A stretch of DNA of 64,000 bases from a virus, in IMG/VR virus record IMGVR_UViG_3300045684_000013, positions 2,407 through 66,406 of that record, one strand, 5' to 3'. This document shows positions 56,696-64,000 of the stretch, piece by piece. The notes below the pieces were generated by a model. That model searched no databases, was not told where the DNA came from, and was given only the letters and a program-made list of their open reading frames with translations. Numbering within the stretch: position 1 is the stretch's first letter; each line of letters begins with the position of its first letter. A program made the translations under genes and the position numbers.

Positions 56696-59600
56696 TTGGA
56701 AACAAGGGAACTTTTATTATTGATAAATGTGGTTGATGATCAGCTGAAGGAAGCTGAAGCCACCATTGCAGGCCTTGGCAAAGGTGCTGGTGTTTCTGCT
56801 GACCAGCTGAAGAAGGTTGACAGTGCCCTGAAAAGTTCAGCAAAGTCATTCAGCACGCTTTCAACTGAAGCGCAGGCAGTACAGCAAAGAATCACTGTAC
56901 TTCAGAACAAAAGCCAAGGCCTTCAAAAGGCTTTGAAGGGTGCCACAAATCCAAATGACATCAAAGGCCTTTCAGCAGCATTAAAGCAGGTTGAAAAAGA
57001 CCTTGAAGCTGCCATAAAGGATGCCATCAGGCTTGACAAGGCCACTGATGGTGTTGGAAGCACGGCAAAGAAAACTGGTGGCCTGTTTGGTGGCATTGGC
57101 AAAGGGCTTGACTTGGGTGGCCTGTATTCAAAATTAGGTGGCCTGTCAGGTGGTCTGGCTAACTTGGGACTTGCCACAGGTGGTGCAACTGGTGGCCTGC
57201 TGTCCATGGCTGCCAGTGCAGGGCCAGTTGGCGCGGCAATTGCTGGCACATTGGGTGTTGTGCTGGCATTGGGCAAAGGGCTTTCAGCATCAGTTGACAT
57301 TGCAAAGGAATATGAAAGCAGCCTTGCATCATTGTCAGCCATCACAGGGCTTTCAGGCAACAGCCTTGATGACCTTTCTGACAGGGCACAGAATTTCACA
57401 ATCAGGATCACAGATGCAGGTGGAGGCCTTCAGATGATCACGCTGAACGCTTCACAGGCTGCACAGGCCTTTGAAGTGGTTGGCTCAAAGGCGCCAGAAT
57501 TGTTGAAGGTGCCGTCTGCATTGGATGCAGTAACAAAACAAGCATTGGTGCTGTCTGAAACGTCACGGTCACTTGGCTTTGATGAAGCTGTTGCAGGCCT
57601 GACCACATCAATCAACCAGTTCCTTCCTGTTGCTGATGAGCAGGCCACGGCACAGGAACGGGCAAACCAGATTGTGAAGCAAGGTGCTATCTTGACAAAT
57701 CAACTGGCAGCTGCACAGCAGCTTGGTGCAGTGCCTGTCACTGGCCTTGCACAGTCCCTTGAAAAATTTGGTGCAGTAGCAACAGCCAACAACATCAGCA
57801 GTGCAGAATCAATTGCACTGGCTGAAACATTGGGCCAAAAATTTAGTGATCAGGCCACGGTTGGAACAAACCTAAGGAATATTATCAGCATTCTGGCAGC
57901 TGACACCACCAGCCTTGGTGTGTCATTCAAGGGTGCCGATGGTGAAGCACAGGGCATTCAGGGAAGCATTGAAGCCCTACGGGCAAAGCTGGAAGGCATC
58001 ACCGACCCTGCTGAACGTGCAGCATTTTTGACAAAACAGTTTGGCCGGGAAAATGCAGCAGCTGCACAGATACTGGTGACCAATGTGGAACAAACAGCCA
58101 AGCTGACAGCAGAACTGGAAAAACAGGCTGAAAGAACCCTTGCCAATGGTGCTGCTGCACAGCAGGCTGCCATCAATGCTGACACATACGAAAAATCACA
58201 GGAAAGACTAAGAAACACACTGACACAGGTTGGCAATAAAATTGGTCAATCGCTGCTGCCAATTTTGAAAAGCCTGACAGACTTCATAAACGATGTCATC
58301 AGAAGGGCTGATGAATTGGGTGAAGGGCTGAAGCCACTGAAAGATGCATTTGGCGTGCTGATTGATACCATCAGCAGCCTGATTGGTGAATTGGGGCTTG
58401 CTGGTGGTGAAACTGATTTTTTAGGTATTGCTTTTGCCATATTGCGCGAAGTGCTGGAAGCTGTAACAGCTGGCATGACCATTGCCGTAAAGGCTGTGAC
58501 GGGTTTGGTGAATTGGTACAGGATTTTGGCAACAGTGGTCAGGGCTGGCATTGCTGTCATTGGTGAATTTTCAGATACAGTCAAACGTGCATTTGATGGT
58601 GATTTCACTGCATTTGTTGGCCTTGGTGACAGGTTAAAAGGTGCATTCCTGAAAGAAATGGAAGATGTTGATAAAATATTAGCACCAACTGTGAATGAAG
58701 TCACAAACAAGCTAGAAAACATTATTACAGACAAATTCAACAGCATTCAATTTGGTGGTGATGCCACTGGCCTTGCCAGTCAGATTGAAGGGACAATAAA
58801 AGCTGCCATTGATGGTGTTGACCCTGAAAAAGCAGCTGAAGCAATGGCCAGATTAGGGCCAACAATCCGTGCAAAAATTGATGATGCACTTGACAGGAAA
58901 AACATCAACCTTGAACAGGCTGCACAGTTGCAGGCAGAATTGGAAAAAGTCATTGGTGGCCTTGTTCCTGATGCAGTTGACCCAAACAACACACCTGAAA
59001 AAAGGGCAGCAGCTGAAGCAGAAGCAGCAAAGGCAGCAGCAGAAGCAGCAAGGGCAGCAGCTGATGCCAAGTCAAAAGCAGACAGGGCAGCAGCTGAAAC
59101 ATTGAATGGCTTGCAACAGCAGCTGATTGAATTGAAAAAAGAAAGGCTTGAATTGCCAATTGGTACAGCTGCATTCAACAAAGTTAATGCAGAAATTCAG
59201 GCCATTGAAACAAAGGTGAAAACCCTGAAGGGTGAAGTGAAGGTGCAGTTGACACCAGATGAAAAGAAGCTGAATGAATTATTGGAACAGATTCAAAGCA
59301 CTGAAGCACAGGTGAAGGTGGCTGTTGCTGAAGGTGATGATAAAAAGGTGTCAAAGCTTCAGAGTGACTTGAAGATACTTTCTTCACTGGAAGCTGAAGC
59401 AAGGGTGAAGATTCAGTCAGGGCCATTCACTGATGAGTTGAAGAAGATCACTGATGAATTGAATGACTTCAAGGCACAGGCAGAAGCAAAAATATTGCAG
59501 GTCAGCTTGGGTGTGGCCATTGATGCAGGTGATTCAGCCACAGCCATCAGGATTCAGACGCAATTGATTGAGGCAGAAGCACAGAAGGAAATTGACCAGA

Positions 59601-61522
59601 TTTCAGAAAACACCACACTGAAACGGCTGGCCATTGTTGATCCTGGAGCAGCAGCAGACCTTGAAAAACAGTTGCTTAATGCAATAGAGAAGACAAAAAC
59701 AGACAGGATTGATGAAGCCACAAAGAAAATTGGCCAGCAGGTGTCATCTGACTTTGTTGAAAACATTCTGACAGCTTATTCAGAAAAGATTGCAGGCAGT
59801 TCAAGTGAATTTCAGGCCTTGGCTGATTCATTGCGTGGCCAGATTGTGGCATTAGGTCAGTCACTTGATGTGGTACAATCCACACAAGACGTGGCAGAAG
59901 CCAGAAGCATTCTGGCAGCATTGGGCCTTGATGCCTCCACCATTCCAGCAGATGTTGCAACCGTGGAGGCTGCCACAGAAGCCATACAAAGCCAAATCAA
60001 AGCCATACAAGGCCAACTGCTGTCAGAAAATCAGACCTTTGCCAGCAGCTTTATTGGCCAAACACAGGCCACCATTGCTGAAATTGGGCAAGAAATTGCA
60101 AAGCTGGAAGCCTTGCAGGCAGATGGCAGCTTGTCAGATGAAGATGCACAAAAGCTGGAAGGGCTGAGAACGCTATACCAAAGGCTTTCAGCAGACGTTG
60201 GCAGCGCACGTGAAGAAGTTGTGCAGCTGGCTGAAGAAGTCAACAGCCTGAATTTGTCTGCCTTTGAAGAAGCTTTCAAGGGTGCTTCAAGTGAAGTCAA
60301 AAATTTGGGTGAAGAAATCATTGCAGCTGGTGCAGCACTTGGCAAAGAAATTGATCCTGAACTGGCAAGAAAGTTGGGTCAGGGCTTTTTGAATACAGCA
60401 AAAATCATCAATGGCGTTCAGGAAACATCAGCTGCATTTTTTGAATTCAGGCTGCAAAAGGCAGAGCAAACCAATGCTGAAGAATTGAAAGGCATTGATG
60501 AACAGATTGCAGAAGCAGAAACAAGGCAAAGGAAGGGTGCAGCTGGTCAGGAAAAAATATTAGAAAGCCTGAAAAACAAAAGGATTGAACTTGAAGAAGA
60601 GCAGGAACGGGAAATAAGAAAGGTGAAAGAAAAACAGTTCAAGGTTGACAAGGCATTCAATTTGGTCACTGCTGTCATGAATGGTGCATTGGCCTTCACA
60701 AAAGCCCTGTCATCCGCTGCACCACCAGTCAACTTCATTCTTGCTGGCCTGTCAGCAGCCGCAACAGCAGCCCAAATTGCAACAATTGTCAGTGCAAAGC
60801 CTTCATTTTTTGAAGGAACACCATTTGTGTCAGCTGCTGTTGGCAAGGGCGGAAAAGATTCAGTTGATGCACGGCTGCATCATGGTGAACGGGTGGTCAC
60901 TGCCAGCCAAAACAAAAAGCACTTCAATGACTTCACGGCAATTGATGGTGGTGGACTGGTGCCAGATGCAGCAGCTGCCTTGGCCAACATGCCAGCAAAG
61001 GTGCAAAGGATGCTGATGAAGCAGCCAGATGCATTCATCAGGCTGGCCATGGGTGGTGATGATCAATTTACGCAGGTTTCATCTGGCAATGTGGCAAAGG
61101 CTGGCATCAGAAAGCAACTGATTCAGGCCATTACCAGCCATACAGAATTGACAACCAGATTGAATGTGGAGGCTGAACGGCTACTGACAGGCCACAGGGT
61201 GCCACGTGCTGAAATAAAAGGCAGGCTGAAGGGTATTGGCATCAATGACACACAAAGCCCTGTGGTGCCACGTTTACGGCTGACGCAGCAGGCTGAAGAT
61301 GCAATCAGAAGTCAGCACATGGACATGGCAGGCATGTCATCAATAAATTATGGGAAATTGGCAGGCATGGTGGCAGAAAAGATTTCAGAACGGCTGCCAG
61401 ATGCAATGTATAAAATGCAGCATCGTGACAGTAGTGTTGATAAATACCAGCTTGATACATTGCGTCACGGGCTGTCAGTCATTGCAGAAAAGCTGGAAGA
61501 CCTAAACAAAAAACAGAAATGA
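56696..61522 (+). CDS. tail tape measure protein (probable TTG start)
   Basis: About 1600 aa, Ala/Gly-rich helical; TP901-like core; C-terminal DSVDARLHHGERVV. Confidence 0.92.
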   Translation: METRELLLLINVVDDQLKEAEATIAGLGKGAGVSADQLKKVDSALKSSAKSFSTLSTEAQAVQQRITVLQNKSQGLQKALKGATNPNDIKGLSAALKQVEKDLEAAIKDAIRLDKATDGVGSTAKKTGGLFGGIGKGLDLGGLYSKLGGLSGGLANLGLATGGATGGLLSMAASAGPVGAAIAGTLGVVLALGKGLSASVDIAKEYESSLASLSAITGLSGNSLDDLSDRAQNFTIRITDAGGGLQMITLNASQAAQAFEVVGSKAPELLKVPSALDAVTKQALVLSETSRSLGFDEAVAGLTTSINQFLPVADEQATAQERANQIVKQGAILTNQLAAAQQLGAVPVTGLAQSLEKFGAVATANNISSAESIALAETLGQKFSDQATVGTNLRNIISILAADTTSLGVSFKGADGEAQGIQGSIEALRAKLEGITDPAERAAFLTKQFGRENAAAAQILVTNVEQTAKLTAELEKQAERTLANGAAAQQAAINADTYEKSQERLRNTLTQVGNKIGQSLLPILKSLTDFINDVIRRADELGEGLKPLKDAFGVLIDTISSLIGELGLAGGETDFLGIAFAILREVLEAVTAGMTIAVKAVTGLVNWYRILATVVRAGIAVIGEFSDTVKRAFDGDFTAFVGLGDRLKGAFLKEMEDVDKILAPTVNEVTNKLENIITDKFNSIQFGGDATGLASQIEGTIKAAIDGVDPEKAAEAMARLGPTIRAKIDDALDRKNINLEQAAQLQAELEKVIGGLVPDAVDPNNTPEKRAAAEAEAAKAAAEAARAAADAKSKADRAAAETLNGLQQQLIELKKERLELPIGTAAFNKVNAEIQAIETKVKTLKGEVKVQLTPDEKKLNELLEQIQSTEAQVKVAVAEGDDKKVSKLQSDLKILSSLEAEARVKIQSGPFTDELKKITDELNDFKAQAEAKILQVSLGVAIDAGDSATAIRIQTQLIEAEAQKEIDQISENTTLKRLAIVDPGAAADLEKQLLNAIEKTKTDRIDEATKKIGQQVSSDFVENILTAYSEKIAGSSSEFQALADSLRGQIVALGQSLDVVQSTQDVAEARSILAALGLDASTIPADVATVEAATEAIQSQIKAIQGQLLSENQTFASSFIGQTQATIAEIGQEIAKLEALQADGSLSDEDAQKLEGLRTLYQRLSADVGSAREEVVQLAEEVNSLNLSAFEEAFKGASSEVKNLGEEIIAAGAALGKEIDPELARKLGQGFLNTAKIINGVQETSAAFFEFRLQKAEQTNAEELKGIDEQIAEAETRQRKGAAGQEKILESLKNKRIELEEEQEREIRKVKEKQFKVDKAFNLVTAVMNGALAFTKALSSAAPPVNFILAGLSAAATAAQIATIVSAKPSFFEGTPFVSAAVGKGGKDSVDARLHHGERVVTASQNKKHFNDFTAIDGGGLVPDAAAALANMPAKVQRMLMKQPDAFIRLAMGGDDQFTQVSSGNVAKAGIRKQLIQAITSHTELTTRLNVEAERLLTGHRVPRAEIKGRLKGIGINDTQSPVVPRLRLTQQAEDAIRSQHMDMAGMSSINYGKLAGMVAEKISERLPDAMYKMQHRDSSVDKYQLDTLRHGLSVIAEKLEDLNKKQK

Positions 61523-61523
61523 A

Positions 61524-61820
61524 ATGGCAATTGAACTGACAGAAGCAATTGAAGACAGCGAAGTGCAAAGGTTTCAGAGAAGATTGAAGCGTTTGAAGGC
61601 AACAAAGCAGAAGGCATTGGCAATCAAAAGCCTTGGCACACGTGTCATTCTTCGGAATGGTGACATAAAGATTGAAATTGAAATTGATGTGGCACCTGAA
61701 GAAGACAGCATGACAGCGGTTTTTTATGACTTCATGGACGAAATTGCAGATGAAGTGCAGCTAAAAATCAACAAAGTGAAAGAAAGGATTCAATCAAGAA
61801 TTACAGAATTAACAACATAA
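61524..61820 (+). CDS. hypothetical protein
   Basis: Directly after the tape measure. Confidence 0.6.
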   Translation: MAIELTEAIEDSEVQRFQRRLKRLKATKQKALAIKSLGTRVILRNGDIKIEIEIDVAPEEDSMTAVFYDFMDEIADEVQLKINKVKERIQSRITELTT

Positions 61821-61824
61821 TAAA

Positions 61825-62196
61825 ATGGCACTTATTGCAGATTATCTTTTTGACTTGGCCCTTTCTGAATTGAATACAGCAGGCAATGAACTGCATATAA
61901 CTTCATCAGAGGCCACAACATACACACAGGCAATCACAACCTTCAGCCTTGGCACAAAAACCAGTCTTTCAATTGGGCCACCAGCTGATGGCACAGTATC
62001 AGGCAGAAAGGTTGATGTGGCCACTTTTTCTGATGGTGTTGTTGACACGGGTGGCACGGCTGCATTTTGGGCTGTTGTTGACACTGTTGCAGGTGAATTG
62101 ATGTCAACTGGTGCCCTTGCTGCACCTGTTGTGGTTAGCACGCCGGGAACATTCAGCCTGACAGCGTTTGAAATTGACATCAGGGATGCAACGTAA
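61825..62196 (+). CDS. putative tail structural protein
   Basis: Thr/Gly-rich beta protein ending FSLTAFEIDI. Confidence 0.65.
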   Translation: MALIADYLFDLALSELNTAGNELHITSSEATTYTQAITTFSLGTKTSLSIGPPADGTVSGRKVDVATFSDGVVDTGGTAAFWAVVDTVAGELMSTGALAAPVVVSTPGTFSLTAFEIDIRDAT

Positions 62197-62237
62197 TTTA
62201 ACGACTTGGAGCAGGTGTATTTTTAAATGGTTGTAAC

Positions 62238-62516
62238 ATGGCCTTAAATCCACACAGGCGGCTTCATCTTAATCGGATTAAGGCAGAAGCGCAAAGAAAT
62301 ATAAATTGGGTGAACACTTTTCCCAATAGGGCAAGATTGAGAGCCAAGGCAAAAGGAATCAGGCTAGTGCATTATACTACCTACCTGAATCGACTGATTG
62401 CAAGGATAGATAATATACTATTGTCTGAGGATTGGCCGGCAGGATTAAGGGCGCACCAAATCCACGACAGACTAGAAAAGGAAGACATGGACATACGAAA
62501 TGGCCTACAAGAGTAA
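62238..62516 (+). CDS. hypothetical basic protein
   Basis: TAATG-coupled to the next gene; atypical composition. Confidence 0.55.
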   Translation: MALNPHRRLHLNRIKAEAQRNINWVNTFPNRARLRAKAKGIRLVHYTTYLNRLIARIDNILLSEDWPAGLRAHQIHDRLEKEDMDIRNGLQE

Positions 62517-64000
62517 TGGCTGATAAATTAATAATTGACAGCAGATCAGGAGGCACAGATGTCATTGAAGCCAACTGGGGGCCATACTACACAGGCACAC
62601 AGAACGGTGTACATTTGTCAGTGGATGGTGCTAGCGACTTATGGAAGGCTGTAACAACGGATGGTGGAAGCAATTTTACCACAACCGAAATTGTTGCCGC
62701 AACTATCAGGAATCTAAATGTATTTCCTGATATGGGTGTTCCGGGGGACTCTGGCACCCTATTACATGCTGCGTACTTGGATTTTGTAGAAAGCGACTTA
62801 AAGTACATCAATGTTGCCACTGATGGAACTGTCGGGACATTGCGAGACGTTGACAGCACGTTGACGGTTAATACTAACTCAAACCTAAATAAAATTGCCA
62901 TAACCAAGACCGTCAGTGGCAACATTATCATCATTGGGCAGACACAAACAGAATCATTTGGTTATGTTTCTGCTGATAATTTTGCGACTGCTGGGACTGC
63001 AATTAATGATCCATACGACACTATAGCTGATGAAGACCACTTATATTTATTTCCAGCAAACACGTCTGACAATGATGACTGCTGTGCCCTGTTTTGGGAC
63101 AGGTCAGGAAACGAGTTAAAGCTATTTATGTACGATGCTGGCACAAATACTTGGGATGGAGGGACCAGCATTGCCACATCAATGATTGATGACAATAGGA
63201 GGGGGATGTGTGGTGCTGTTCGGCACTCAGATGGACACCTGATTGTGGTTGCACACACAGATTCGGATTCAGCAGGAGATGACTTGAAATGCTGGGACAT
63301 AAACCCTGGTGATACAATAACGATAACCGCAAAAACCAATATTAAAACAGCCATTGCAGAGTGTGGTGATATTAACATTGCTATCAACCAGCAGACTGAT
63401 GATATATATGTTAATTACTACTACGGCACAACTTGGCAGGCTGATGTGGATATGTATTATAGCAAGTCCACAGATGGTGGTGCCACATGGGGTACTGAAG
63501 TACAATTCAATGAGGATGCTAGTGGTGACTTTCGGTTTTCAGGGGGGCCAATGTCTATTACAGACGCAGGGGGAAGGTATCAGCCAGCGTACTACAATGA
63601 TGATACCCTAGAGATATATACTAATCTCACTGACGTCGAAATACCAGCTGCAAGCGGTGGTGCATCATTGGATGCTGACAGCATCAGCAGCGCATCAACC
63701 GTTGGCACACCAAGCCTGACAAAAGGTTTTGCTGGCACATCTGACAGCATCAGCAGTGCATCAACCGTTGGCACACCAAGTCTGACAAAAGGTTTTGCTG
63801 GCACATCTGACAGCATCAGCAGTGCATCAACCGTTGGCACACCAAGTCTGACAAAAGGTTTTGCTGGCACACCTGACAGCATCAGCAGTGCATCAACAGT
63901 TGGCACACCAAGTCTTCAGGAAAATTACCAGCTGGCAGCAAACAGCATCAGCAGTGCATCAACCGTTGGCAATCCTTCAACAGGTGGTGCATTAGGGCCA
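62516..64000 (+). CDS. tail/receptor-binding protein with BNR/Asp-box propeller and 22-aa stalk repeats, 3' partial
   Basis: Frame open from ATG 62516 to the window end; TTDGGSNF and STDGGATW Asp-boxes. Confidence 0.75.
   Translation, partial: MADKLIIDSRSGGTDVIEANWGPYYTGTQNGVHLSVDGASDLWKAVTTDGGSNFTTTEIVAATIRNLNVFPDMGVPGDSGTLLHAAYLDFVESDLKYINVATDGTVGTLRDVDSTLTVNTNSNLNKIAITKTVSGNIIIIGQTQTESFGYVSADNFATAGTAINDPYDTIADEDHLYLFPANTSDNDDCCALFWDRSGNELKLFMYDAGTNTWDGGTSIATSMIDDNRRGMCGAVRHSDGHLIVVAHTDSDSAGDDLKCWDINPGDTITITAKTNIKTAIAECGDINIAINQQTDDIYVNYYYGTTWQADVDMYYSKSTDGGATWGTEVQFNEDASGDFRFSGGPMSITDAGGRYQPAYYNDDTLEIYTNLTDVEIPAASGGASLDADSISSASTVGTPSLTKGFAGTSDSISSASTVGTPSLTKGFAGTSDSISSASTVGTPSLTKGFAGTPDSISSASTVGTPSLQENYQLAANSISSASTVGNPSTGGALGP
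63675..63971 (+). repeat. 66-bp tandem repeats (DSISSASTVGTPSLTKGFAGTS)
   Basis: Units start at 63675, 63741, 63807 and 63873, plus a partial unit near 63941. Confidence 0.93.

Noticed and set aside
56923-61066. Numerous antisense ORFs over the tape measure and other genes
   Set aside because: These are shadow ORFs; codon bias (few CTA/TTA codons) removes antisense stops.
1-64000. TAG stop-codon reassignment (as in some crAss-like phages)
   Set aside because: Long genes are intact in the standard code, TAG ends several genes at sensible boundaries, only one internal TAG was seen, and no suppressor tRNA was found.
1-64000. Prophage/lysogeny module
   Set aside because: No integrase, att-flanked host genes or clear repressor pair in the window.

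Overview
This window is most of a tailed dsDNA phage genome, probably a siphovirus since it has a tape measure. The host is probably Bacteroidota: there are no Shine-Dalgarno motifs, leaders are A/C-rich, promoters are of the -33/-7 type, and there is a VirE-N/AAA_25 primase-helicase. Recognisable modules are a portal, a MuF-like head protein with a metallopeptidase extension, scaffold, major capsid, neck/tail proteins, replication and recombination genes, TerS/TerL, a tail chaperone with a -1 frameshift, the tape measure and a BNR-repeat tail protein. No integrase, tRNA, CRISPR array or reverse transcriptase was seen. The main unexplained structure is a family of eight dispersed 100-150 bp cassettes (terminator + promoter + 5' RNA hairpin with pairing-preserving changes + AACATC leader + ATG). 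Each heads an island of small unknown genes, and some islands sit inside structural operons. A second repeated hairpin spacer links genes within two islands. The genome is also strongly depleted of GAG/CTC, yet carries at least 37 strand-biased copies of GTGGAGG, a candidate Chi-like signal. All calls come from reading motifs by eye, counts are manual, and no database search was run.
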